Of a stretch of 64,000 nucleotides of DNA, positions 40,278 through 49,512 are shown piece by piece. Position numbers and translations under genes: made by a program. The DNA is taken from positions 124,001 to 188,000 of IMG/VR virus record IMGVR_UViG_3300033388_007730; one strand, written 5' to 3'. Position 1 is the first letter of the stretch; every line of letters begins with the position of its first letter. The notes beneath the pieces are model-generated. The model worked only from the letters and a program-made list of their open reading frames with translations. It did no database searches and was not told the origin of the DNA.

Positions 40278-41009
40278 ATGGAGTTCGGCAAAATACTTTT
40301 AGGGTCTATTTTTGACAATTGCGATTTATCTAAAATAAATTGTATACATATTTCTGATACAGGATTAAAAGAATGCGATATAAGATATATTAAGAGTAAA
40401 TATAATAAAGTAAAGATTGTTAAAACTAATGTTATAACAGAATTTGAAACTGGAGGTAGATGGGGAGGAGATTGGCAGAAAAACATTAATAATAAAACAG
40501 AAGAATACTTAAAAGTTCTTGAATACAATATATACCCAGTAATTATGATTGATGCTGATTGTATGATTCTAAAGGATTTATATTGTTTAATAGATATTAA
40601 TTATGATATTCAATTATGTGTAAGGTATTCCGATAGCAGAAAAATTCCAAATTGTTTAGCATCATTTTTTATATGTAATAATGCTAAATCAGTAGAATTT
40701 ATAAAGAAATGGAGAAAAATTTATAAGCATTTAACATTAGCTTATAATAATAATCCTGTAGAAAGTAAATCTTTAGAAATTGCGAGAGATATATACTGTA
40801 AGAAGTATAAGTTTAAAAGTCATTGTGTCCAAGAAGTTGCTGGTGAACCGGATAATTATTTTGAAGATGAAGAATACCAAAAAAAAGTAAGTATTGTTCA
40901 TTTTAAGGCTAGAGGCGGATTTAATTCAGGACTAAAAAATAAGAGGATTATATTTGAGACGAGAACGAAACATTTTAGAGACGATATCCAAAAGTATTTA
41001 AAGGACTAA
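40278..41009 (+). CDS. Nucleotide-diphospho-sugar transferase (GT-A)
   Basis: SDTGL, VIMIDADC (DxD), ASFF, IVHFK. Confidence 0.7.
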   Translation: MEFGKILLGSIFDNCDLSKINCIHISDTGLKECDIRYIKSKYNKVKIVKTNVITEFETGGRWGGDWQKNINNKTEEYLKVLEYNIYPVIMIDADCMILKDLYCLIDINYDIQLCVRYSDSRKIPNCLASFFICNNAKSVEFIKKWRKIYKHLTLAYNNNPVESKSLEIARDIYCKKYKFKSHCVQEVAGEPDNYFEDEEYQKKVSIVHFKARGGFNSGLKNKRIIFETRTKHFRDDIQKYLKD

Positions 41010-41012
41010 TTA

Positions 41013-41405
41013 ATGAATTTTAAAGATATAATAAAAAAATATAGAGACAGGAATAAAAGCACAATATCTTCTGACAATGTGTCTCATGAGATGAATGCCA
41101 TTGTGCTTTATTCAACGTCTAATGCTCTATTTGATTTTAATGGTGTTATGATTGATGATGTTATGTCTTATGGCAAATCTAAGGGATACAACATAGATAA
41201 AATTGTTTTTCTTACCTCATATGATATAGAATTTACTGATGAGAATAAAGGTGTTAAAAAAGTAGACGATAATTCAATTAGGATTAGTCAGAATTATAGG
41301 ATGAAAAGTGATGCCAAAATAAGTATTATAGAAGAAGATGGAAAAGTAATTGCCAGGGTTTTTATGGGATCTTATATTATTGTAGGTAAAATACGTGAAA
41401 AATAA
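41013..41405 (+). CDS. Hypothetical protein
   Basis: 130-aa ORF overlapping the kinase start. Confidence 0.55.
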   Translation: MNFKDIIKKYRDRNKSTISSDNVSHEMNAIVLYSTSNALFDFNGVMIDDVMSYGKSKGYNIDKIVFLTSYDIEFTDENKGVKKVDDNSIRISQNYRMKSDAKISIIEEDGKVIARVFMGSYIIVGKIREK

Positions 41406-42861
41406 AATATCAAAAAAACGGTGGTTTTCTGAGGTAGTTCTGTATAATATGCGGGAGTCTATAATAATTACGAATGTCGATGGAGTAATAATTTATGTGA
41501 ACAAAGCAACAGAAAAATTATTTGGTTATACTGAAAAAGAAATGATAAATCAGAAACCAATAATGGTTAATGCTGAACCTGATGCAGAGAAAATCCAGGA
41601 ATCTATTTTAGAGGCTATGCTATGTGATGGGGAATGGAAAGGGCAGTTGCTTAATAGGAAAAAAAATGGTGATTTATTCACAGTTGAATTAACAATATGT
41701 CTTCTAAAAGATCTATATGATAACTTAGTTGGTTTTATAGGATATCAAAAAGATGTGACAAAAGCACTTAAGGCATCCAAGAAGATAAAAGAGAGTGAAG
41801 AGAAGTTTAGAAAAATTTTTCAAAATTCTCCTATGGGTATGCACTTGTATCAATTAAACATGGATGATGAGTTAGTTTTAATAGACTCTAATCCTGCTGC
41901 TGATGATTTTACAGGTATTAACACTGTTGATTTTATCGGAAAAACTCTCGAAGAAGCTTTTCCAGTTTTAATCGGTACAGAGATTCATGAAAGATACAAA
42001 ATGGCAGCTTCTAAAGGTATCTCTTGGAATACATCTTCTTTTACATACAAAGATGAAAGAATAAATGGTATTTATGATATATGGGCATATCAAATTTCAC
42101 GTAATCGTGTATTAGTACAGTTTGTTGAAGTAGTTAAGAGAGAACACGTTGAAGAGGAATTAAGAAATAGAAATCAAGAGTTAGAACAATTCGCATATGT
42201 AGCTTCTCATGACCTACAAGAACCATTGAGAGTAGTATCTAATTATTGTGAGATGTTGAGTGATAAATGCAAAACTTGTCCAAGAAGAGATAAAGATACT
42301 GAAAAGTGGTTGGAATATATAACGGAAGCTATTGATAGAATGAAAAATTTAATAAGGGAGTTATTGGATTTTTCTAGGGTAGGAAGAAAAGATAAATCAT
42401 TTGAGAGTTGTAATATAGGAGACATAATAGAAGATGTTAAAGATGATTTCAAGATATTGATAAAAGAGACTGATGCTGTTATAAAAGTAGAAGAGAACAT
42501 GCCATCAATAAATTGTATCGAATTCAGAATTAGACAATTATTTTATAATTTGATAAGTAATGCTATAAAATTTAGGGGAAAGAAAAAACCGCATATAGAT
42601 ATAAGCTTTTATAAAGAAGATGACGAATATGTATTTTGTGTTAAAGATAATGGGATAGGAATTTCACCAAAATATTTTGATAGAATCTTTGGAATATTTA
42701 AGAGATTGTATTCTAGAGAAGAATATCCTGGTACAGGAATAGGTCTTGCTTTATGTAAGAAAATAGTAGAAACTCATAATGGCAGAATATGGGTTGATTC
42801 TAAAGAGAATAAAGGGGCTTCTTTTTATTTTACCCTTTCTACAGTATTAGAAAGTGATTAA
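41395..42861 (+). CDS. Cytoplasmic PAS-PAS sensor histidine kinase
   Basis: Two PAS domains; H box FAYVASHDLQEPLR; N box NLISNAIKF; G1 DNGIGI; G2 GTGIGLALC. Confidence 0.93.
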   Translation: MKNKISKKRWFSEVVLYNMRESIIITNVDGVIIYVNKATEKLFGYTEKEMINQKPIMVNAEPDAEKIQESILEAMLCDGEWKGQLLNRKKNGDLFTVELTICLLKDLYDNLVGFIGYQKDVTKALKASKKIKESEEKFRKIFQNSPMGMHLYQLNMDDELVLIDSNPAADDFTGINTVDFIGKTLEEAFPVLIGTEIHERYKMAASKGISWNTSSFTYKDERINGIYDIWAYQISRNRVLVQFVEVVKREHVEEELRNRNQELEQFAYVASHDLQEPLRVVSNYCEMLSDKCKTCPRRDKDTEKWLEYITEAIDRMKNLIRELLDFSRVGRKDKSFESCNIGDIIEDVKDDFKILIKETDAVIKVEENMPSINCIEFRIRQLFYNLISNAIKFRGKKKPHIDISFYKEDDEYVFCVKDNGIGISPKYFDRIFGIFKRLYSREEYPGTGIGLALCKKIVETHNGRIWVDSKENKGASFYFTLSTVLESD

Positions 42862-42879
42862 AAAATATTATTTTTTTCT

Positions 42880-42907
42880 TTGAAAGTGATTATGAATATG
42901 GTATATT
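42880..42907 (+). promoter_or_regulatory. AAAGTGA-box promoter
   Basis: TTGAAAGTGATTATGAATATGGTATATT. Confidence 0.65.
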
Positions 42908-42935
42908 AAAGATTAATTGCTTATTTTATCGATAA

Positions 42936-42993
42936 GTTTAGTAGTGTAGAGTAGAGTTTAGTAAAGCAAAGTTTAGTAAAGTTTAGAGTTTAG
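42936..42993 (+). repeat. Five AGTTTAG heptamers in a 5' leader
   Basis: agtttag-tagtgtagagtag-agtttag-taaagcaa-agtttag-taa-agtttag-agtttag, running into the AGGAG RBS. Confidence 0.75.
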
Positions 42994-43003
42994 GAGATTC
43001 AAA

Positions 43004-43873
43004 ATGAGTTATGATCAAAAGATCAAGTCCGCGCGTCAAATCGTAGAAACCCACAATGAGAACGTAGATAATTTACATCAAGTGAATTTCGATCTGTTCA
43101 TCGCGACATTGAAAGAAATGGGTGGCACTTCCGAAGAAACCCTTAAAGCTTGTAGCTGGGAAGACTTGCAGGAATGTGGAGTTCCAAAACTTCTTGCAAG
43201 AAAATTCGCACATCTTTTCAGACAAGATAGCGACAAGGGTTTAACAAAGTCTGTTTATGTTTCTGATAAGAAAGCTAAGTCAATGACTATCAGTGAATTA
43301 TTGGAAAGATATAATCCAAGAGATATTAAAAATGCTGTTGGAAAAAGATTGGTAGATGTTTCTGATGGTAAGAGATGTATTGTTTTTGGTGACAATGGTA
43401 AAGTTAATGTAGCTGTTTCAGAAGGTCTTATCAATGATTCAATTGATGGTCACGATGAATTGACAAGTACATTCATCGATGGTATTCCAACTCCTGTTTA
43501 CAAAGTTGGAGAACGTCCTGATTGTTACACTGATGAAAATCCACTTTATCCTACAAGAGCATTAAGGTCTGGTGAGAACTGTGATCAGACTGGTCGCTCT
43601 TGGGATGGTATAGCTGTTGTTGTTCGTCAACTTCTTTATATAGCCAGGTCGCGAACAAATGAGTTGAAGATTAATTCTCTCGACGATGCTCATTCTGCTT
43701 TTGATAAAGCAGTGAGTGATAATGCTGAAAAGACAATCCGTCAGAGATATCCAAAAGCTTCATTGAAGTATGATGAATTATCATCAATTGGCAAACTTCC
43801 TGTCTTAAAGTTGAAGATTGGCAAAGAGTGTAGTCAAGCGAATGCACCTTTTGGTAAAAACAGAACTTTTTAA
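43004..43873 (+). CDS. Hypothetical protein with a SAM/HhH-like N-terminal segment
   Basis: SWEDLQECGVPKLLARK; has its own promoter and terminator. Confidence 0.65.
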   Translation: MSYDQKIKSARQIVETHNENVDNLHQVNFDLFIATLKEMGGTSEETLKACSWEDLQECGVPKLLARKFAHLFRQDSDKGLTKSVYVSDKKAKSMTISELLERYNPRDIKNAVGKRLVDVSDGKRCIVFGDNGKVNVAVSEGLINDSIDGHDELTSTFIDGIPTPVYKVGERPDCYTDENPLYPTRALRSGENCDQTGRSWDGIAVVVRQLLYIARSRTNELKINSLDDAHSAFDKAVSDNAEKTIRQRYPKASLKYDELSSIGKLPVLKLKIGKECSQANAPFGKNRTF

Positions 43874-43886
43874 TGATATTAACTGT

Positions 43887-43917
43887 AGAGTAGGCGGAGA
43901 AAATCCGTCTACTCTTT
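43887..43917 (+). terminator. Rho-independent terminator or attenuator hairpin
   Basis: AGAGTAGGCGGA-GAAAA-TCCGTCTACTCT then TT. Confidence 0.7.
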
Positions 43918-43935
43918 ATCTTTGGAGAAAACAAA

Positions 43936-45138
43936 ATGAGCACAATAATGTCAGTAAATAATTTAGAAATGGATTTGCGTATTGCCCCCAAGTTGAGTAA
44001 AGTTACAGATGCAGCTGGAGAAGAGGTTGCTCAAGGATTACCATTTGGAGTACAAACAAAGGTAAATGCTGTTGATGAGTATCCTGGTTGTCCTGATAAT
44101 TGGATGAATGGCTCAAATATAGTTAGTAGCTATTTCCTTGGAGTGGAAGAAGAAAAAGGTATGTGGTTAAATTTTAATACTTGTACTTCTCACACTCACG
44201 ATGTAGCAGTAATTGTCAGTGTTCAGGGTATCAATCCTGTAACTGGTCAAAAGATGGTTGGGGAAAATTCTTTGAGGCTAGAGAAGTATCAGAGTAAATG
44301 TCCTATTCATGATATTGATTTTAAGCAGGACAGGTTCTGTGAAGAGTGTGGATACAAATGGCCTGCCCAGAATTATATAGCTACTACTGGGACTCCGTGG
44401 GGATTATTCTGGTTAGATGGATTTAGAAACTCAGATGGAGTTGTGAGACAATATATCTTTACAGAAGAAGAGATAAAAGGAGTTGCTTCTCAGATGATAG
44501 GAGATGATAGGGTATTCGCTATTGGAATTGCTTTTTATCTTAGTAAGGAACCTAAGCCTGTACCAGAGAGAAGAAGCATGATGAGAAGCATAATGAGAAG
44601 CAGTGATCCTTGTGGGCAGAGTATCAGCAACTATGCAGGTTCTCCACCAGCATATATGGGGTATATAGATGAATCTAATTTAACCCAAAAATGTTCAAAA
44701 ATTGGTAGTCAAGTACCTGCAGTAAATTTTAGTTGTTCTGTCGGTGCTAGTGCTAATGATGATTTAGAACCCGTCGCTGGTAATCTTTGTTCTCTTCAAG
44801 GAGTTATTACTCCAGATGCTGCTGTTGAAGAACAAACAGCTGGAGATATCATAACTTCTAATCTTTATACTACTAATATAGATGTTGTTGAAGAAGTAGT
44901 AGCAGATGAATCAGTTGAACCTGTGATCCCTGTTAAGAAGTTAGAGGTTGGTGCTGGAGCAATGATTAATCAAAAGATTTATGTTGATACCAAAGAGATG
45001 GATCATTGGGAAGATAAACCTGCTGGAATGATTTATATGAATTACTGTGATAAAGAAATTTTGAAAAACATTTTGGCAAAAGGTAGAAGGAAAGAGAAAA
45101 AAGAAGGGTTCATGGAAGAGATTAAAGTTGGTAGTTAA
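43936..45138 (+). CDS. Conserved hypothetical protein (WLDG..DG.VRQ family) with an inserted Cys/His zinc ribbon
   Basis: GMWLNFN, GINPVTG, QNYI, WLDGFRNSDGVVRQY, GAGAMINQKIY; CPIH...CEECG insert. Confidence 0.65.
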   Translation: MSTIMSVNNLEMDLRIAPKLSKVTDAAGEEVAQGLPFGVQTKVNAVDEYPGCPDNWMNGSNIVSSYFLGVEEEKGMWLNFNTCTSHTHDVAVIVSVQGINPVTGQKMVGENSLRLEKYQSKCPIHDIDFKQDRFCEECGYKWPAQNYIATTGTPWGLFWLDGFRNSDGVVRQYIFTEEEIKGVASQMIGDDRVFAIGIAFYLSKEPKPVPERRSMMRSIMRSSDPCGQSISNYAGSPPAYMGYIDESNLTQKCSKIGSQVPAVNFSCSVGASANDDLEPVAGNLCSLQGVITPDAAVEEQTAGDIITSNLYTTNIDVVEEVVADESVEPVIPVKKLEVGAGAMINQKIYVDTKEMDHWEDKPAGMIYMNYCDKEILKNILAKGRRKEKKEGFMEEIKVGS

Positions 45139-45142
45139 TTAT

Positions 45143-45185
45143 AATATCCCCCAACATTCATTGTGATATTGGGGGATATTTTTTT
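45143..45185. terminator. Probable bidirectional terminator between convergent genes
   Basis: AATATCCCCCAA / TTGGGGGATATT stem followed by a T-tract. Confidence 0.75.
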
Positions 45186-45597
45186 ATATAGCTTTAAGTG
45201 TTTTTACTCTTTTTCTGCCATAAGTGGCACATCTTATGGCTCTTGTTAAGTCTTCATGTTTAACTTCATCTTTGATAAGGAAATCTTTTATTCCTAATGA
45301 GAATGCTTTTATTCCTAGACTATAATCTTCTAATCCGGTAAGAATTATTATAGGTATTTTTTTATTTTTTTGTTCTAAGAATTTATTAACTTCATTAATA
45401 GTATCTAATCCGTCTGTTTCAGGAAGGACTAAATCTAATATAATAACATCATATTCATTTTTTCCCAATTTTTCTAATGCTGCTTTTAAACAATCGCTTT
45501 CATCAGCAGTCATATCTGGAATTAGATTGGTTTGATTAATCCTTGTTATTGCTATATCTCTGTCTTCTTTACTATCATCTATAACTAGTACTTTCAT
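45184..45597 (-). CDS. Single-domain response regulator
   Basis: VLVIDDS, ILDLVLPETDG (phospho-Asp), IILTG, FLIK. Confidence 0.9.
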   Translation of the reverse strand: MKVLVIDDSKEDRDIAITRINQTNLIPDMTADESDCLKAALEKLGKNEYDVIILDLVLPETDGLDTINEVNKFLEQKNKKIPIIILTGLEDYSLGIKAFSLGIKDFLIKDEVKHEDLTRAIRCATYGRKRVKTLKAI

Positions 45598-45607
45598 TTT
45601 ACTCTCA

Positions 45608-46081
45608 CTATTTTATGTTGTCATTTTTTATGATATATAAATTTCCAGCGTTTGGGAGAACGGATGTTTTAAGCCAATACTCACCCATAGTTGCTATTTT
45701 TTCAAATAAGTTTTTAGTGCTAAAACTTTTTACTATGTATGAATTAGCATAAGCATCATATGATTTTTGGATATCTTCTTCTTCGCTAGAGTTACTGAAC
45801 ATTATAACTGGAATTACTTTATATTTTTTATCATTTTTTATTTTTTTTAATAGTTCATAACCGCCTATTTTTGGGAGATTTATATCTAGTATTATAAGAT
45901 CAGGGGTTTTTGCTTCTTTAAATTTATTTTTCTTAAATATGTATTCTAGGGCAGTTTGTCCATTTGAAATGTTAGTTATCTCTAATTTTATATCAGGGAT
46001 TCTGTGGAGAGCAGTATCTAATAAGGTGAAATCTGGCTCGTTATCTTCTATAGAAAGTATATTAAATGTAGTGTCTGTCAT
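45608..46081 (-). CDS. Single-domain response regulator, Rcp1-like
   Basis: IEDNEPD, PDLIILDINLP, IPVIMFSNS, ANSYIVK, EYWL. Confidence 0.9.
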   Translation of the reverse strand: MTDTTFNILSIEDNEPDFTLLDTALHRIPDIKLEITNISNGQTALEYIFKKNKFKEAKTPDLIILDINLPKIGGYELLKKIKNDKKYKVIPVIMFSNSSEEEDIQKSYDAYANSYIVKSFSTKNLFEKIATMGEYWLKTSVLPNAGNLYIIKNDNIK

Positions 46082-46123
46082 TGTTTATCCTTTATAGACG
46101 CAAAAAAAATAGCATTATATATA

Positions 46124-46153
46124 TATATTATGAATTTATTTTCTATTTCCTTT
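46124..46153 (-). promoter_or_regulatory. Candidate sigmaH-like promoter for the receiver pair
   Basis: Minus strand AAAGGA-N17-TAATATA. Confidence 0.35.
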
Positions 46154-46154
46154 G

Positions 46155-46183
46155 TGGAAAAGTGAAAAATAATATGGTAAAAT
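46155..46183 (+). promoter_or_regulatory. AAAGTGA-box promoter
   Basis: TGGAAAAGTGAAAAATAATATGGTAAAAT. Confidence 0.7.
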
Positions 46184-46226
46184 AGCGGTATGATTGTAAA
46201 AAGAGATTATTTTTGGAGAAAAGTAG

Positions 46227-47117
46227 ATGAAAGATGTTATTTTTGAGAAGTATGGGGCTTATGAGCCACAAATTGAATGTTTAGATATGGGATTTGTAAA
46301 ACTGTTAGATTGTATGCCAAGAGTATTGAGAGAAGAGGAAGATACTGCTGATTATGCGATAGGAGAAGCAGCCAGGCAAAGTTATAAAAGAGAGACAAAG
46401 ACAGTAGCAGATGATAAGACACTAATAAGATATTTAATGAGGCATACTCACACAAGCCCATTGGAGATGATAGAGTTTAAGTTCCATTGTAAATTACCTA
46501 TTTTTGTGGCGAGAGAAATGATACGTCATAGAACTGCTAATGTGAATGAGCTTAGTGGTAGATATTCTGAGATGCCAGAAGAATATTATATTCCAGGGGA
46601 GCTTAGAGTACAATCTTTAATAAATACACAAGGCTCTGAAGGATCTATTAGTGAAGGTTCAGTAGAGATGACAAAGGGTTTTATGAGATTACAATCTCAA
46701 GATGCTTTTAAATTCTATTATAGACTATTAGAGCAAGGTGTGGCAAGAGAACAGGCAAGAATAGTTTTGCCTCTTTCAACTTATACTGAGTGGTACTGGA
46801 AGATTGATTTACACAATTTACTTCATTTCCTTAATTTAAGATGTGATCACCATGCTCAACAGGAGATTAGAGTTTATGCTGATGCTATTCTGGATCTAAT
46901 TAAGCCTATAGTTCCTTGGACTGTATCAGCCTGGGAAGATTATAGTCCTTATCGCGGTGGAATGATATTAACCAGATTTGAGGTAGAGGCTATAAGGAAA
47001 AGGTGCTATAATACTAATACCATCGTTTCGGATATTGAGTCTTCAAATAAATTAGAACAGAGGGAATGGCAAGAAAAGGCTAAAAGACTGGGATTGGATG
47101 ATAATAGTCATCCATAG
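46227..47117 (+). CDS. thyX: Flavin-dependent thymidylate synthase
   Basis: HTSPLEM, RHRTANVNELSGRY signature, AREQARIVLP, HAQQEIR. Confidence 0.95.
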   Translation: MKDVIFEKYGAYEPQIECLDMGFVKLLDCMPRVLREEEDTADYAIGEAARQSYKRETKTVADDKTLIRYLMRHTHTSPLEMIEFKFHCKLPIFVAREMIRHRTANVNELSGRYSEMPEEYYIPGELRVQSLINTQGSEGSISEGSVEMTKGFMRLQSQDAFKFYYRLLEQGVAREQARIVLPLSTYTEWYWKIDLHNLLHFLNLRCDHHAQQEIRVYADAILDLIKPIVPWTVSAWEDYSPYRGGMILTRFEVEAIRKRCYNTNTIVSDIESSNKLEQREWQEKAKRLGLDDNSHP

Positions 47118-47132
47118 TAAAGGCATAGTTAT

Positions 47133-48221
47133 ATGAAAATATTAGATTTTTCTAATAGTCGTAGAAGTTTTTTAATGTCCAAAAGAATGCCTGCTAAAGA
47201 TTATTTTTTCTTTTTAAACGGAGAGAAAATGAATTTTTTTAGAGAAAGGGAATCTCATGTTGAAGATATTAAATATTTTTGTCCAGAAATCCTTAAGAAC
47301 AAAATAAATACAATGAATGAAATAGAGAGACATTCTGATGCTGATATTTTGTTATTAAACGATATGACAATTATAAATAAAAAACATAGTAATGATATAG
47401 TTAATTTTTTAAATAAATTTAAAGGCAAAATAGTTGCTATAGGTTATTCTTGGGATTTTGTTATTGATTGCCCTCAAAATAATAATCAACTAAAAAGAGA
47501 AATCGATGCTCTAGCCGTAGCTGGTCCATCTTCTTTATGTAAAGTGCAAGCATTTCCTTATAGCCAATCAGAATTAGATGTTCTGCATAGAGATGTCAAC
47601 AATGTTTTTGTAAATAAAAATGATGTTATAAAAAAATATAAATTGCCTAGTAATAAAAAATATGTATTAATAACAGTTGCATTTCAGAGAGAACATGAAA
47701 ATTATCTTAAAGATCTTAGACTATTTGAAAAAAAAATAGTGAAATTCATTAAATATATAAAAAATTATGATAACATTTATACTATATGGAAGATAAAAGA
47801 AAAACAAAAAGATTTTGTTAAAATTGTAAAAATTATTTTAAAAAGTCAAAAATTTGATAATTTTTTTGTATTCTCAAATGTTTACGATGACGGGTATGAA
47901 AGGTGGCATCGTCGTTTTATTTCTCCAATTAATGAATTATCTTCTGTGATATCTTGTCATATTAATTTATCTTCAATATCTTTTTCACATATAGAAATAG
48001 CAGTTGCTGGCATACCAACTTATTCTTTTAATGGAGATAATGTTGAAATGCCTTATAATCCAGAATGTATTAAAGACATGTTTAATACATTTTGGGATAA
48101 AAAGTCTATTAGCAATTGTTATGGAAATAAAGATATTTGTATAGATAGGTCTTTAATAATGCCTATTATTGATAGAAATTTTTTCACTGACAACCTAATA
48201 AAAAATCTATTGACATTATAG
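47133..48221 (+). CDS. Hypothetical protein, possibly GT-B fold
   Basis: 362-aa very AT-rich ORF; SHIEIAVAGIP resembles EA...G.P. Confidence 0.45.
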   Translation: MKILDFSNSRRSFLMSKRMPAKDYFFFLNGEKMNFFRERESHVEDIKYFCPEILKNKINTMNEIERHSDADILLLNDMTIINKKHSNDIVNFLNKFKGKIVAIGYSWDFVIDCPQNNNQLKREIDALAVAGPSSLCKVQAFPYSQSELDVLHRDVNNVFVNKNDVIKKYKLPSNKKYVLITVAFQREHENYLKDLRLFEKKIVKFIKYIKNYDNIYTIWKIKEKQKDFVKIVKIILKSQKFDNFFVFSNVYDDGYERWHRRFISPINELSSVISCHINLSSISFSHIEIAVAGIPTYSFNGDNVEMPYNPECIKDMFNTFWDKKSISNCYGNKDICIDRSLIMPIIDRNFFTDNLIKNLLTL

Positions 48222-48237
48222 AAATATGTGGTATAAT
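48210..48237 (+). promoter_or_regulatory. Sigma70 promoter, probably giving a leaderless transcript
   Basis: TTGACA-N16-TATAAT ending 7 nt before ATG 48245; no RBS. Confidence 0.65.
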
Positions 48238-48244
48238 ATCTGAT

Positions 48245-48571
48245 ATGAGTGATACGTATGGAATAAATGAAGGAATATCTCGTTTTGAGATAATGGATCT
48301 CTGGACTGATGAAGAAAGAGAAAAATTAGAGTCAGATAGAGAAGAAAAAAGAGAAAAGTTACAATCAGACAGAGAAGAAGCAGGTTGTTGCGAGTATTGT
48401 GGATCTAAAAATAACCCACATTGGGTTCCATCTATGACGAGATATCATTGGGATAAGTACAAAAAATTGGAAGATCCTAACAGAGACTTATTTTATTGTG
48501 ATGAGTGTGAAGAGTATCATATGGAGTATTGGAATAACATGTGGGAAGAGTATAGTGCTTCGAGGTGGTGA
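48245..48571 (+). CDS. Small zinc-finger protein with RFEIMDL motif
   Basis: CEYCG...CDEC. Confidence 0.65.
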   Translation: MSDTYGINEGISRFEIMDLWTDEEREKLESDREEKREKLQSDREEAGCCEYCGSKNNPHWVPSMTRYHWDKYKKLEDPNRDLFYCDECEEYHMEYWNNMWEEYSASRW

Positions 48572-48572
48572 A

Positions 48573-48791
48573 ATGGATAAAATAATAGTTGTACATGATA
48601 AAAATTCAGAATATGATGCATCACCGTTTCATGATGTTCCATATGAGAAATTAAATTTTTCTGTTAAAATTAATGCTCATTTGATAGTATATGTTTCTGA
48701 ACAGAATCAAGAAGTGACTATAATTAAAAATAGATGGGGATCGAATGATGATCCTAAGATAATTAGTTTTTTGAAAATTTTTACGAGATAG
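48573..48791 (+). CDS. Hypothetical protein; possible -1 frameshift extension to 48868
   Basis: GAGGTGG RBS; IIKNRWG; T6 run at 48767-48772. Confidence 0.55.
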   Translation: MDKIIVVHDKNSEYDASPFHDVPYEKLNFSVKINAHLIVYVSEQNQEVTIIKNRWGSNDDPKIISFLKIFTR

Positions 48792-48864
48792 AAAATTCTC
48801 CTCCGATTGAAGAAGAGATAGAACCAGAAATTCCAGTTAATAGATTTGAGATGATGGATTTTGA

Positions 48865-49227
48865 ATGAGTAAACATAATGAACAATTTAGATTTGATATA
48901 ATAGATTTTGGAGATGATATAGAAAATGCTTATCAGGCAAAATTAGAGAGAGAAGAGAAAAAGAGAGTAGAGAAAGTTGTTAGATTAGCAACGGATTGTA
49001 AACGCAAGGTAGAAGAAAAAGGAGTTTGTGAGGGTTGTGGCGGGAAAGAGAAATTGAGATGGGTTTGTAACGAAGAAGCCTACTTATGTTATGATTGTTA
49101 TTATAAAGGTATGCGACAGTGGGAAGATCTTTGTTGCTCTCATGGTCGTAGCGCCGAAGATATTCCTGGTTTTATATATGATGATGAATGGGAGTATCTT
49201 TGGGAAAAAGAGCAAAAAAAAACTTAA
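48865..49227 (+). CDS. Small zinc-finger protein with RFDIIDF motif
   Basis: CEGCG...CYDC; architecture similar to 48245. Confidence 0.65.
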   Translation: MSKHNEQFRFDIIDFGDDIENAYQAKLEREEKKRVEKVVRLATDCKRKVEEKGVCEGCGGKEKLRWVCNEEAYLCYDCYYKGMRQWEDLCCSHGRSAEDIPGFIYDDEWEYLWEKEQKKT

Positions 49228-49280
49228 AAAGAGTTAAGTATACTTGACGCATTTGAAGTATTTGAAAAGGATCTAGGAAT

Positions 49281-49511
49281 ATGAGTAAAATAGAAGAAAT
49301 AGAAAAAGAGAATGTAGCTTTAAGAGGATGTATAGATTCTGCTTTAATGACATTAGCAGATTATGATGGATACAGAGAAGCAGAAGGTTTGATGGGACTT
49401 ATAGATGATGTTGTTGAGACTTTACAATCTGGTTGTTCAAATAGAATAGTAGATTTTGAGAGCAGGAAAGTTTGTCCTTTGTGTTTTCAAAGATTAAAGA
49501 AAGAAGAGTAA
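49281..49511 (+). CDS. Hypothetical protein
   Basis: DYDGY...GLMGLID, C-terminal CPLC. Confidence 0.6.
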   Translation: MSKIEEIEKENVALRGCIDSALMTLADYDGYREAEGLMGLIDDVVETLQSGCSNRIVDFESRKVCPLCFQRLKKEE

Positions 49512-49512
49512 A

